From contig NW_024705547.1 of assembly GCF_018977255.1 (NCBI RefSeq), forward strand, positions 1 through 35,278: DNA of 35,278 nucleotides, written 5' to 3'. Below, piece after piece: positions 19,721 to 32,841 of the stretch. Below the pieces are notes generated by a model, which had not been told where the DNA came from, did no database searches, and worked only from the letters and a program-made list of their open reading frames with translations. Within the stretch, counting starts at the first letter, position 1, and every line of letters starts with the position of its first letter. The translations under genes were made by a program, and so were the position numbers. This DNA comes from Callorhinchus milii (lineage: Eukaryota).

Positions 19721-20777
19721 GAAGTTTTGGACAAGCTGTATTCTAGCGAGTACTAAGGTTTCAACCTCTGCAGGGACAGCAACATGGTACCAGGAGTCCA
19801 AGATTAGTTTAGGAAACAATTCATAATTCACAAGTGTATGTGCTGTGCCACATTATTAATGCAAACACGATTGTATCTACGCTGTGTGTGTGCTTGATTT
19901 ATTTAGCAATTGGATAATATGCGTCAAAGTGTATCATCGTCATCGTTACCGTCGTATTCTTTGACAATGCTGCACCATGAAATATGACTTTCATGCTCAT
20001 CAGCCCTGCAAGCTGCATGTGCGCAGAGTGGCGTGGAGGGTTACACCGTGATCCACTTTGCTTTGATTCTAACTCTGTTTGATGTGCATTGCATGTGCAC
20101 TTTGTGCACACGGCTAAAAAAGTATCTCCGAGGTCAAATGTGACTCAGTGTTGAAAACAGAGGGCTGCCTGATGCACGAAAAAAAAATGTGTCACCGATT
20201 CTGATTCTGAGACTAATTTTGCTGGCTGCTGCAGCGCAATTACAGGACGAACAAAAAAAGGGGTCATATTATCAAAGTACAATTACCGTGCGTTACCACT
20301 GATGTCACGTTGAATTGATGATGAAACCAACAGGAACAGAGTACAGAGCACAATTGTTTGGAATTAATTTGAAACTTTCTTACAATGAGGGTATTTGGGC
20401 ATTTACTCAATGCCTCATTGGGAAGTAAGACAAAGACTCGTTTTTATCACCGTTTACACAAATAGATCCTGAACTTTGTACGTTACCCAATAATGATAAT
20501 AAAGCCTTTGAAGTCTTATAGCCAAATTATCCCAAGCTGACCTAATTCAGGTAAAACTGTCGCCTTGCTGAAGTAAAACTCGAGCGAAGCTCATTTCTGT
20601 TTTTCGCCCAGAGAAATTTATGAAAAATGTCACACTCCTATTGCCCTGTCCATCGGCAAATCCCAGCAAGTGTCTAACAAAACAAATTGAGGCTTAATGT
20701 GGTCTAATTTTGTCGAAAGATTCCCACTCTTATTACCAGTCAAAATACACGCCCTGCAGTTGTTCGTGTGCAGGTAG

Positions 20778-20850
20778 ATCCCTTTTGTTAATTCCACTGC
20801 TGGATGAAGGCCTCCCCATGGCGTTGCAGGCCGTCGTGGCGGTTATTACA
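20778..20850 (-). mobile_element. RTE-type 3' tail fragment (SINE or LINE)
   Basis: ccactgctggatgaaggcctcccc is the reverse complement of GEAFIQQW codons. Confidence 0.65.
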
Positions 20851-21332
20851 CACCACACATATATAATAACAATAATGCACTATAATTGAGTCAAACGCGA
20901 CTGCTCGGCAACGTCACCGCTTAATTCGCGTGTCCGGATGTGGGCGGCGTGGTTGGGAATTTGGGTTTTGTTTTGCGAGGGCTTTGGCCATCAAACCAGG
21001 TGCGCCCCGTCTGCGGCCGATCGGTCACGCCCCCGTGGGCTTTTCCACGCAGGGCCGGGGTGGGGGGGGGCCTCGTTGTTTTATTGAAGGGGAAGAGCGC
21101 GGCGGCCCTTTGGCGTGCCCACGCCGCCGCCGTGAGGGCACGCACCCCTCCTCCTTCGGCACCTGGGCCACGTCTGCCTCTGAGCACGCGCTCGTGACGA
21201 GCAGACGGGGTTGGCTGGGTGGCTGGGTGGGGGGAGGGTAGCCGATGAGAAAACACATCAAAAGGAAACGTTGCTAGGGAGTGGTGGGGGGGGGCTCGGA
21301 AAGGAAGTCTGAAAGTCATAAAAGGCACCCGT

Positions 21333-21382
21333 TAAATAAAGTGTCATTTATCTAACATAAATAAAGTGTCATTTATCTAACA
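21333..21382. repeat. Perfect 25-bp tandem duplication
   Basis: taaataaagtgtcatttatctaaca x2. Confidence 0.95.
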
Positions 21383-21834
21383 CTGTCCCGGCGTTTGCCA
21401 TTGCTCAGCACACTGCAAGTGTTTGTACGGTATATAATGGGAAATCAGTATCTGAAGAAAATAAAAAATTAAACAATTTCTGCTTTTTTTATACTTGGAA
21501 GAGGTTGAGAGTAAAATGTTGTAACTGTTGCTTGAAAGGTAAATGTCAAACATTCAGGTAAATAATATGTACCGTAGAACAACCCTACACCAGACCACCC
21601 AGGTGAATAAGCAGAATAGAAGCGTCAGAACTGGTGGTTTTAACTTAAGGAATCCGATGGACTGACGGTGTTGCTGGAAGTGACTCAGTGTCCTAATATT
21701 TTCTCCACAGACCGCACACTTTTCTAACAAGTGTCTACGTGGTGAGTAACCGATGGCACTGCAGCAAAATCCACTATTGTACTGCACGTACAATGCTCTC
21801 ACGTTCACATGCCCCGCCTTCACAGTGCAACTCA

Positions 21835-21927
21835 ACCACCGTGCAAAAGTTTGGCTCAAATAATCCCCCACGACCCGCACGGCATGAGGGAGGAGCCCTC
21901 ATCCAGCAGTGGGTTCACAAAGAGCTC
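21835..21927 (+). mobile_element. 3' part of an RTE-tail SINE
   Basis: ggcatgagggaggagccctcatccagcagtgggttcacaaagagct. Confidence 0.6.
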
Positions 21928-22240
21928 CACATGTACACATCTTCACAGATCCAATCAACGAATACAGGTTCCAGGCCTACTCTCTCCGCTGCAAACTCAA
22001 TACCATGAGGCGCAGTATGGCCCTTGGTATAACAACATTTTCCGATTGTATCTATGTACGTTGGACTTATTTCGGCACCGTACGTAGCCAACCATGCTAA
22101 TTGGCAGCAATAACTCTCCATCAAACCTATCGTCGTGGAAATTCCACACAGGACCCATAGCTAAATTGACCACTCATTAATAACACCTACAGTACCCGCA
22201 ACATTGTATCTTTCTTTTAATAATTCGTACAATTCAGTGG

Positions 22241-22461
22241 GTGGAGTGGCGGCACAGTGGTTAGCGCACTGTGCTGTGAATTGGGTTGATTCCCAGCCAC
22301 GGCAAACGGCAAGGCGAACGATGTCCGAACCGGTCCCCGCATCCACACCTCACCACACCCACACGAGCCCTACGTGGCGGAAGCCTCATCAAACAACCCG
22401 CCACATCTGACATGGCATTGGGGAGGCCCTTTACCCCAGTCGTGGGCTGACAAAGAGCTGT
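22241..22461 (+). mobile_element. tRNA-head/RTE-tail SINE
   Basis: A box cggcacagtgg, B-box-like gggttgattccc, gaaccggtcc body and tail gaggccctttaccccagtcgtggg. Confidence 0.75.
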
Positions 22462-22492
22462 AAATTATTCTAATGTTATCACGTAATACAAA

Positions 22493-22868
22493 GTTAATGC
22501 AGACATGATTCCTTGTAAAAAGGGTTCAGTTTTGTTGCCAGAAAAAAGGGGAGAAACCCTATTCTCATATTTCGGTCCTGGAAAAGGAGGTCAAATGATG
22601 TAGATATTTACCCCGAGCTCTCATTACTTTATAGTGCATTGTCTTTGAGCTGTACGCCTTTTGGCGTCCTCTGGTCTAGCACCGGTTTGAGACGAGGCTC
22701 AAAAGAAAGCTGTCTCTGGTGTGGACCAATCAGTTTCAAGGGACAATGCATATATTATCAGTGTGGTTTTTGTTTGCATTCTGACCACAAGTATTGTGGT
22801 TAATGCAGACATGATTCCTTGTAAAAAGGTTTCAGTTTTGTTGCCAGAAAAAGGGTAAAACCCCTATT
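22493..22868. repeat. ~70-bp direct repeat (22493-22563 and 22799-22868)
   Basis: gttaatgcagacatgattccttgtaaaaagg(g/t)ttcagttttgttgccagaaaaa...ccctatt is present twice, 306 bp apart. Confidence 0.9.
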
Positions 22869-24252
22869 GTCAGATTCAAAGTTGTAACATGAAACATGAA
22901 TACAGTGTTGCGTCTCAATCGACTAAAGATCTCTTTGTTTCTAACTTGGCTGTGAACGAAATCCCAAGCCACGGTACAGTACCGTAATTTATCATCGGCA
23001 TGACTCCACGATACGCACTATCTTTTTCCATTCATCAAATGGAAGGAATCTCAGTGGTATCCTAACTAGCTACATGAGGCATTGTGAATGGATATGAATT
23101 TAATACAAAACGAATGCAGTTGGTCGTTTTCCATATCCGAGCATCGCCTACCAAGAATCAAGACATGCCATCATTATACACGATATATATGTATATGGTT
23201 AGAATTTCTCCCTGCTCACCCTACCAGAAACGTGTAAATTATTGAGTAGGGGGTCCAGTGTTCAAGGGCCTAATCGACAGAGCACTTAAGAACCTTGCAG
23301 CTCAGGGAATGGATACGAGTGGACTGGTTTAGATTAAATAATACACATTACACCACTGCGGTTTATCTTAAAGTATGAACCTTAAAACATACAACCATGT
23401 TAATTTAGCACATGTTTTTTTTTATTGGTTGAAGTTCTCTTGGGAGAACTTAAGAAAAGGCACCGTCTTTGCTTTGTAATAACAATGTAATTTTGTTTAT
23501 AGTATGATCATCTTGCACTTTTTACATTTTGAGTTATGTTATAAATATCAAACTTTCTTTCATGCAACGTGCATACGCTCTTTGATGCTCCAAAGACATT
23601 ACTGATCTCTGCATATAAAAACATAAATACATTGCACTATTATTGATCAATACTTACCACAAATCAATATAATGCGTAGAATACCGAGCACTAAAAAAAA
23701 AGACAGAAAAATAAAATCGGGTGCTTTTATAAAAATGCAACTGTTTAAATCGCAGTGCTTCTGCTTGCGAGAAGAGAAAGACTGGTTTCTTTGATCGACT
23801 TTGCATTGCTATGAGCTGAACGTGCAGGCTAATAAGAAACACATGCATCCTCCACAGTCGGAGTCTCTCTCCTCTCTCGCTCATATTTACCAGGTGTTCC
23901 ATTTAATCCCTGACATTTCGTTCCAGGTTCCGTGACTCAAACATTTCTTTTTCAACGCAAACCTTTGAATTCAGAGCCACACATGTGTTTCTCAGCTCAC
24001 AGCACGGACGCTCACCAACATGTGAGCCACATTAAAGCGAGAGCGTTGCTTCTCCTTTACAGGAATCAGCACGGCGATGAAGACACACCCTGGGCAGCGC
24101 AGTGTTATTCTTTGCAAACGGTTGCGTAATATTTGTTGAGATCGGTGACGCAGGCTCAACGTGTTAACGTAATTCAACTTTAAATCCCAAACTCTCTCTC
24201 TCTATAATTAGATTGTAAACCATTAACATAATAATAAAGTTATATGATTTGA

Positions 24253-24485
24253 AGCCCTTTCCTGCCCACTGCTGTATGAAGGCTTTCCCGCATGGCGTTG
24301 ATTTTGGAGATGGTTTGATGGCATATCACCACGCTGGTCAGTTTGGGTTTGGTGAACGTCGTGGGTCGAGGTCCGTGGACTGGATCAGATGCCGCTCGCC
24401 GCTGGTGTTACCATGGCCAGGAATCAAACTCAGGTCTCCGTGCTAACAGTGCAGCACGCCATCCCCTGCACCGCTGCTCCCTCCG
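24253..24485 (-). mobile_element. tRNA-head/RTE-tail SINE
   Basis: cccactgctgtatgaaggc tail and ccatggccaggaatcaaactcagg head, colinear with 6786-6986. Confidence 0.75.
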
Positions 24486-25289
24486 CTGAAAAATAAATGT
24501 CATACATACGAAAATTTCATTTTTTTAAACGTTAAACAAAAAAGAGGGGGGGGGGGAAGGTACGTGAGAAAATGTATATTAGCGACGAATATATTTGAGG
24601 CCAATTACTCAACGGGTTAAAACAACTCATTGCTTGCAGTGGTGGAACTAGGTGCTCGACATTGACTATAACAGCGCAAAGCGTGACTGTGCAGTTCGCT
24701 AGTGCACCGCACAAGAGGTGCTGTTTGGTTTGGACGACACTGGCGCGTTCCAGCAGAATGAACTCGGGCACCCACCTGCCTCTCCTGCCAGCCAGGGGTG
24801 AGAAAGGCAGCTCTTAACCACGGATGACTTCATATAGCGGGGAACATTTATACTTTAACTTTAATCAAACCGTTCTTGTGACAGTGCACCTTTTTTACAT
24901 GCCAATTTAGTTTGATAACTTCTAATTATCATTTCAATAGGACGTGTTTTTTTTAAGCAATGAGTCATAGCTTTTTTTCTGAATTGCAACGCAGTGTGGC
25001 AAGATAAGGAGCAACCCTGCAATTTATTTGCGGATGTAACTGCTGGAGGAAAGGCCTCCACTAGAGGTAGCTATAGAGTTTGCCTCTCGAGGATATGTTG
25101 GCCTCCTCTTCCATTCTGCCAGATGTCTTGGAAGAGATGGCAATACTCACACTTTACCCAAACTCAGGTGGCATACTCCAAATCAACTAGCGAGTCTACG
25201 CGTACTGCTGGGAAAGTATTTAAGTAACATGCCCCCTGTTTCAGCTGCCATGCTCGGAGATCAATTGAATTCCTTGCACAAAAATGAAC

Positions 25290-25375
25290 CCCATTTAGCC
25301 AGTTGCGCAGCCAGATCGAACCGGCAACTTCTGGATCGCGACTCCAGAGTATCTCATTATTACACCACAGCAGCA
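25290..25375 (-). mobile_element. tRNA-like SINE head fragment
   Basis: Reverse complement gctgctgtggtgtaat...gaagttgccggttcgatct (B box). Confidence 0.45.
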
Positions 25376-25949
25376 TGCCACAGTGTTGTATGTAATTATG
25401 AAAGTACAGTTCTTATTTAAAAAGTAAAAACGCAATCCGCCATTGGGTTAACCAGGACTGCCTCCTTATTTGCAGGGCTGAATGCTTAATGAGCAGCATT
25501 GCACTTTCCCCTTGCTGTGCTGACTCTAATAATAAACAACGACTTCAAAGTTCACGCATGTATCTCAAGGAATCACTGTCAATCCAAACACGGGATATTC
25601 CCTATGACATTTGTGCGTGACTTTTGTTAAAGCATCGCTCAACGTTTGACAAGGCGCACATGGTGATGAAGAGAGGCTGCCGTTTGAGAAAGTGTTCGCA
25701 CATTATTCTCATCGTGCTCTTACATTGCGAGATCTGCCTTTCTGTGCTGAACATTATGGTCATCATGATGATGACGATATTCATCGCAATCATGACCATT
25801 CCAGACAGTTTTGTAAATTGCCACCTTGGGCAAATTTTGATCCTTTAGTTAAGCTAAGTGGCATCTAGCTCTGTTTAGTAAGACGAAACAAACATATGAA
25901 AGACTCCATAGAGGTCAATAGAACCTTAGCATATATATATTTATAATAA

Positions 25950-26181
25950 TGGAGCGGTGGTGCCGTGATTAGTGCACGGCACTGTGAACCCAGTGACCCA
26001 TGTTTTAATTCCTGGCCTCGGCTTACATAATTGGCAAAGCGATATCTAAACAGATGCGTCACACCCCACCACCGTAACCTCGCCAACCTGTGTTACTACG
26101 GTGGTGAAATATGATCAAAGATCTCCAATGACCAACACCGTGTGGGAGGCCTTTATCCAGAAGTGGATTGCCAAAGGGATG
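25950..26181 (+). mobile_element. tRNA-head/RTE-tail SINE
   Basis: Head cggtggtgccgtgattagtgcac...attcctggcc and tail gaggcctttatccagaagtgg. Confidence 0.7.
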
Positions 26182-26313
26182 TTAATTATTTTAAAGTGTT
26201 AACACTATGTTTACTGCAGGTTAACTACCGCGCGATGGTAACATATCATGCCATAAAAAAATGTGAGACCAAAACTAACTGACTATGTTACTCTCAAGAT
26301 CATAATGTTTACA

Positions 26314-26496
26314 CCTTTGCCAATTCACTGCTGGATGGAAGCCTCCTCGCACCCGTGTTTGTCACATAGGTTGTTTGACCATATTCTACAATGCAGCTCA
26401 GTTCAGAATGGCCAACTGATGTTAGCCATGGCCACGAATAAGAACTCCTGGTCGCTATAGTCACAGTGCAGTGCGCCTAAACGCTTGTGTCCACCA
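26314..26496 (-). mobile_element. tRNA-head/RTE-tail SINE
   Basis: cactgctggatggaagcctc tail, gtttgaccata body and gccatggccacgaat head. Confidence 0.65.
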
Positions 26497-26829
26497 AAGG
26501 TAATCAAATCAGCAACAACACAAAATTGTCCACGTTTTAAGCTGACACAAAATGCATTATAAACTGCTACATGATGTATTTCCTGGCGAAAGTCTTTTTG
26601 ACACCCACCAATGGGGGAGATTAAACTGATTTTCTTACAATTTTCACGAATCAGCAAAGCAGAACACCAAAGGGTCTCTGAGTTTACACTTTGTGGTGGC
26701 TCCCAAGCCAAAGGGTTCTCCCTACAAATAATTTCCGGCTGCAACATTCATCCATGAATAGACTACACGACATACATTTCTCAAATTACAATCTTTATAA
26801 ACCTTTCCTTTTGTGAGTGACATTTTTGG

Positions 26830-26912
26830 GCATTGGCCCTTCTTCCGAAATGTCGTCTATTATATATTTTTATTTGATGGAAGTATTATCGACGAATGTG
26901 TTGCGTTCTTTA
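26830..26912 (+). mobile_element. Decayed PLE-like terminal repeat, family C
   Basis: ccgaaatgtc...tattatata...tatcgacgaatgtgttgcgttc. Confidence 0.4.
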
Positions 26913-27639
26913 TGTGTGAATTGTGCTTGGTGCACCACTCTCAATGCAGCAAATAATTCGTTTAATTGCCCCTATTTTAGCGTTTGGACGAATATTTGGC
27001 ATATTCATACAAACGGTTATCCACATTGGCAACACGTTTTTCATGAGCTCTCAACAAAATGAGCAGCATGTAGACTTGAATTGACTTCTTCCGATGCTTT
27101 GTAATTTGGTCAGTTGTAAAAGAATACGGTTTTACCGCATAGGCCCACGGGAAGTCTAAAGAGTTAATGAAAGGTGACAGAAGAAAGAGGGACCTAAGCT
27201 TGCACTGCCATATAGTATTACAGCAGACAAATCGGTTGAACACAGATGTGCTCATCATGAACAAAAAACTTTGAAAAATCCAACAGTGCTAGACATTATG
27301 GGTTAGAGGTTGACCACTTGACCTTTGAGTTATCCGAGGAATTTTAAATGTTCCTCTGCTGTGATTAACAAGTTCAGCATGCAATCATGTGTGAAGACGC
27401 TATGGCTCTGGTAGAGCTTGAGTTTTGATTTCCTCTCTCTTCGCTCCAGAGGAAATGATAAACTACTGTATTAAGATATTTGAACGTCATATATATCTAT
27501 CTTTGTGACGATATTCTCCACAATCTTCGGGGCTAGTGTGAGAAAACTCACTTCACATACCATTCAATCTTGTGTAAATGTAAGTGTATGTTTCCAACAC
27601 TGTATTTTTCTCTTATATGCCTGTACTATATATAATATA

Positions 27640-27900
27640 TTTGTCAACCCACTGCTTGATGAAGGCCTGCCAAAGCTATCAGCCATGGGGGTTGTTTGAC
27701 CATACTTCCCCATGCTGGGTTAGTATAGGGGTGGTGAAGGGAGGGGGAGTGGGGCAGTGGTGAGCATAAGAGAGAGAAAGGGAGTCTGGGACTGATTCAG
27801 CTATCACTCAGCACTTAGGTTAACCATGGCCAAGAGTCGAACGTAGGTCACCAGGTTCATGGTAGAGTGCACCAACAACTTGCCTCATCACTCTACCCTC
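27640..27900 (-). mobile_element. tRNA-head/RTE-tail SINE
   Basis: cccactgcttgatgaaggcct tail, gtttgaccatacttcccc body and ccatggccaagagtcgaac head. Confidence 0.7.
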
Positions 27901-27929
27901 TACCCCCAATCTATATCATTAACATATTC

Positions 27930-28005
27930 AGCCATGAGTTATCTACTGCTGGATGATGTCCTCCCCAAGTTGCTACCACCTCTCATGCTCCTGCGTTGCA
28001 ACAAG
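27930..28005 (-). mobile_element. RTE LINE 3' end fragment
   Basis: The reverse complement translates ERW*QLGEDIIQQ; similar to 32775-32841. Confidence 0.65.
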
Positions 28006-28734
28006 TCTCTCTGTATTAATATCAGAAACTATTGCTCGTAAAATGTAACAAAACAATACAATCATGTTGTCAGAGGGAAGGGTAACACTTGTAGACACAT
28101 GTGACCGTGTTCACGAGTTGCATATCTTATGAATGAATGTGCCAGTGTTTAAATAAAAAGAACGCAGGACAAATATCACATCAACAGATGTTGTTCCCAC
28201 CCTTGGTCAAAGCATACATATCCAAGGGGAACTAATCGCCATCAAGGTTCAAATGGGCATGTCTATGTCAATCACGAACACGCAATTTGACTTCCCTCCG
28301 CCCACCTAATTCAACTGAAAGATGTCAAGCCATCATCTTGTTTTTATTGCATGGAGGGCTTAGCAAACAACCAAAGCCCAATGCATGCAAATAAGAGCCA
28401 GGAGGTTGCTCACACAGAGCCTAAAAATCAGAGGTTGACACGGCATTCGCATAAAGGGACAGGCGAAAGGGCAGAGCGAGAGTTTAGGGGAATTTGCAGA
28501 GAACACCATTTGAGAAAATTGCATACGCAAAAGACTGGGTTGACATGTTATCAATATAGGTCTTTAAAATATTAAGTTAATTATGAATACTGTTACAGTA
28601 AAAGTGAGTTACTGCTCAAATGAGCACTGAGGCAGATATTATATCCTGTTTACAGCCCTGAACCTGTGGTGACAATTCCTCACTCCAATAGCAGGGGCGA
28701 ATCTCTCCATAGAACAACCACTGTTAACTTCCCT

Positions 28735-28858
28735 CACAACGTGGTACCTATTTTAATGACCACAGAGGGATGATGGGCCGAATCAACTTTCAACCAGGAT
28801 TTGAACTTTCAACCTTCCGATTGCGAGTGGCACTTTTTACCGCTGAGCCACCTGGCCT
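28735..28858 (-). mobile_element. Degenerate tRNA-derived SINE (Meta-domain-like)
   Basis: The reverse complement has A box tggctcagcgg, B box agttcaaatcc, then gttgattcggcccatcatccctctgtggtcattaaaataggtacc. Confidence 0.6.
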
Positions 28859-30058
28859 GAGTAATTATCAACATATTTATATATTGTGTCAAGTTTATTT
28901 AGTTTAACCAGAAGATAAATCAAGAAACCATGATACGTTTCATTTGCAAGAGTGACCTGGGCTTTATTCTGCCAACAGAGGATAATAATTGCTATCCATC
29001 ATTAAAAAATTGCATAAATTTGGTCCCTGATGCAGGCATACAATGGCCTACTCTTGCGAATGATGTCAGGAATCTTTAATGTTCACTGTAAAGCAGACGT
29101 CACGTAGTATGTTTTATTACACCCACAGAAAAATCGGGTTCAACTAGACCCACTTTAAGATACGTGGTCAAAAGTGATACATCATTCAACGGCCCGGCAC
29201 ACAGATGGCCTGGTTGCAAATGGCATTGAACAAGATTCTGGCTCTTGATAACAGCTGATAGGGAGTGTTAACTTACGCTCTGTGTGGATAGGCTATTTAT
29301 ATCTGTCCATTATTTATTTGGTCTGGGTTTTGTCATGTATTTCCAACAGGGAAACAATAACAATTAAGGGGTTTGGACTATCAGGCTTTGCTTCAGGGTC
29401 ATCCTTAGGTTGAACGTGTGATTCTGTCGTTGAACATATAAGGTTTAAGGAGGCCATTCACAAGAATGCAGTCTCACAGGTCAGAACTCTTCCCATGTGT
29501 TTCTAACTGATGTGTTTGGATCTGTTTCAGACGTGTATTTTTCGAACAGGTAACAACAATAATTAAGAGTTGGAACTCCTAAGCTAGCTGGAAGGTCATC
29601 AACGGCCAGAGCGCAATCCTGCCACTAAGATAACACTGCCGCCGTAGAGGACATCTGAATTTGCTGACTCAAACAACAGGAAGTGGGTTTGCCAATCAAA
29701 GCACCCCCATGGTATCCAATGGGAACATTTATGTGCTCGAGTTTGCCACCCAGACAGAGCGCATGGGGATAGCTGCCCATGGGTGAGCCACTCCAAGAGT
29801 CTTGTAATTTACACACGAGGATGAGAGAGGATAGAGGGAAACCAGCACTCGCACCTAGGCAGAGGATGAAAGCGGAGCCAGTGCCTCCTTCAGCAGCCTA
29901 GGTGAAATCACCGTTTGTGGAGAGCGACGTGTAAGATCCAGAAATAAGTACTTAGAGCCTCAGTTTTTCCTTGATAATTGATGAACCTGTGAGATGAGCG
30001 TGTTATCTGATATAATGTAAAGGATGGAAAAAAGTAAGTGGGAGAATGTGCTTTTCCA

Positions 30059-30225
30059 CAGTGAAGTAGCATGCTCGGCATGGGCCCTGGTGAAAGGAAT
30101 AACAAAAAAAGAGGCCTCCGGTCCAATATCCCCCCCACCTCTTCAAAGCCTGGTGCTTGTGTCACTACGGCCTGTGAGCTCCAGTGCAGTTGCACTGACT
30201 GCACAACTCGATAACTACGTCACTG
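30059..30225. mobile_element. hAT-like MITE
   Basis: TIR cagtgaagtag / ctacgtcactg (10/11). Flanks gcttttcca / (c)gctttacca resemble a decayed 8-9 bp TSD. Confidence 0.6.
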
Positions 30226-30283
30226 CGCTTTACCAAAGCGAGATTCTGTAGCAATGTAATAACTGTGCTGCCATGATTATGCT

Positions 30284-30512
30284 GCTCCTGCTGTTGCTTG
30301 TCCTTATGCTGCCTGTGAAACAAGCCTGAGCACAAACCCTTACGTGGTGAGATAACTGTGTGATTAGTACTACGCGTTGTTGCTGCTGCTAGTGGTCAAT
30401 GCTAGTGCTGGTGGTCAACGTCGCTGCTTCTGCTGCTGCTAGAACTTCATGAACTCCTGGTGCACGCTGCTGCCTGGTGCTTGCTCGCACTGCTATAGTC
30501 AATGATGCTGCA
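30284..30512. repeat. Degenerate (TGC)n low-complexity tract
   Basis: Recurrent tgctgctgctag and ggtcaa units. Confidence 0.6.
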
Positions 30513-30615
30513 GACCAATGCTTGGGGTCAACCATAATTCCGTACCACGACCTTGTTAAAACGCATGCACAAACTCAGGGGAACATTACACATTTGTTAA
30601 ACAATTTTTAACAAA

Positions 30616-31388
30616 TGAACTTTATGACGGGACCCCGGGGTCCCGCATAAACGGAAGTCAAAATTGTAATTAGTAAATTTATTTTTGGAGACTCCGTCCC
30701 ACCGCGCACATAAACGCCGCGACCCACCTGGCGCGGATCATTCTGTTGTCACGTCGTGTCCAAGCGCAGCAGCAGCGAGGACGAATGCGCACAGAGCTGA
30801 GCGAATGCTGCACTCCATGCTCGGGTATGGACAGGATCATAAGCCTTATCCAAAGCTGCTCAAACTGCAGCTTTACAGTCAAACTGCTCTCTTATCTTCA
30901 TTACTATTTGTGACCTACAATGTCTACAGCCAGGATCAATCGATAACAATCCAATTACCTGCAGATATGCATCTGTGCAGATAGTTTTTTTTTGCGGTTA
31001 AGCCATAGTCCCCACATACCGCTCGTATCAATGCGATAAGAGGAGCGGCGACCCACACTACTCTGTAGAGTAACATTGGTATAAACGCTTGTTACAATAT
31101 GAACAGCGCATTGAAAACGCGTACTATTTTATGTACTGTTTACAAAGTGTGTTCACAAATCGACATGGAGAAACCGATGATTGACAGAGGGTGTAAATTA
31201 TTTTTCGATAGTGTTTTTAAATAGAGGTACTGCAGGTAAGTAGTTTTCAGTTTAAAGGCTAGTTTAAACAAGACACACTTTGCCACCATCCTTCAAACCC
31301 ATTGGTGAAAAAGAGCAAAGTTCTTGTTTACATTCTAATATAATGTTTATGCGAGAGGGGACCCCGGGGTCCCTTTCATGAGGTTTAA
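30616..31388. mobile_element. Longer, oppositely oriented member of the 3724-4046 TIR family
   Basis: Palindrome gggaccccggggtccc lies near both ends (30629-30644 and 31358-31373). The left 175 bp is the reverse complement of 3880-4050, and the right end shares ctctcgcataaac with 3756-3768. Confidence 0.75.
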
Positions 31389-32755
31389 TGTTAAATGCTA
31401 AACAGAATGAGTGATATGGTGTGATTTTTTCTCGATTATGCATTCCGCTCTCGCCCTCACCGCCTTTGCATACGATGAAAGGCTTTGATGCCCACAACTA
31501 AATGTGACTAAATTTATCATTTTATCCAGCTTCATACAAATATTGTGGATGTTAAATATTGTCCCGAAATTGTATTTGTTCTGACGATAAGAATTAAGAA
31601 GGGAGGCGTAGCCCCCCTTCAGCTTTCCAATGCTCGAGTCCATCATCCACTGGCCCGGCTGTGATTAAAAACATTCCAAGAAGAGCTCCATTCACATTCA
31701 TCCCGGTGACATTGTGTGATGGTTCTTGGAACGGGCAAACAAGAATTCATGTTAGTTTTAAAAAAAATATTTTGACCGACATTACTATCCTACTTAATCT
31801 ATAGGTCATAGGTTGTTCATGAAAAGTTTATAGCAAGCCAATGAGTGTAGTAGTCAGAGAGAATAAGAGGTGTTTAGTAATCTTACAGTGCAGTAATGCT
31901 CAATTGAGGTTGGTGACAACAGAGAGTCAGCGATCTCTGACCACTAGAACCAGTTATATAAATCTTGGATACTGTTTTATAATTAAATCTGTACTTGGAA
32001 GAGTATTACCTTTATTTGATTTCCGGCGTAATTATAATTTCAACGACGTTGGTTGTAATCGCATTGGTCTTTTTTGTGGTTGAATGTGTCGCCACAAATG
32101 CATAAGGTGACATACATTAAACTCGTGGCTGCTCGTCTGAAAGCAACCTTGAATATGTTTAGTGAATAAATTAAGTCCTGACTATACTTATGACATCAAC
32201 TGCACACGCGAGGTACAAAGCACTACAGTACATTCTAAGAAATCGCATTTTTTCTCATGCTATATTCTTAAAAGTTAAAATGCTGCCAGCTACACGCTAC
32301 ACATACGCACTTACGTCTTTGAAAAGTGTCCTACATCAGTGCCTTATTGTAATACTTGCACATGCCTATACACACCACAGTAAAAACATAATAGCCTAAA
32401 ACATTTTAATCTATAACATTTTATTGTCAATGTGATTTAGAATGCCCAAGGCAGCCGTCAAAATACTGTCATAAAAAACTGCTATAACCAGACATGACAA
32501 GACGAGCAGCGCACAAGACTTAAATATATCAGACCAAACATGCCACGCTTACGTGAGCCTTCACCGTTGGGAGTGTGTCTGCATTTCTGACATTAACAGG
32601 CATTGGTGTCATGTGTTATAACATGCCACAAGAAAGTGCGCTTTCAGGCAAGGGTATGTTTATCCGACCCGATTAAAACACACCTAATAATACATTTGTG
32701 AATACATATGCAGCCCGAGCATAAATTATATATTTGTAGAACTAGGTTATGGTAT

Positions 32756-32841
32756 CATCATCATCATCATAATCTCACATTCACTACTGGATGAACGACT
32801 CCCCAAGCTGTTGCCATCTCTCAAGCTCCTACGATGTAGCA
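32756..32841 (-). mobile_element. 86-bp 5'-truncated RTE LINE insertion with TSD and (TGA)n tail
   Basis: TSD aggttatggtat 32744-32755 / 32842-32853; (cat)n tail; the reverse complement encodes RWQQLGESFIQ. Confidence 0.85.

Noticed and set aside
22241..22305. tRNA genes suggested by A/B boxes (here and at other SINE heads)
   Set aside because: No full cloverleaf; each continues into a SINE body.
29040..29095. DeuSINE-like remnant (cctactcttgcgaa...gaatctttaatg)
   Set aside because: Short resemblance from memory only, with no second copy or head to support it.
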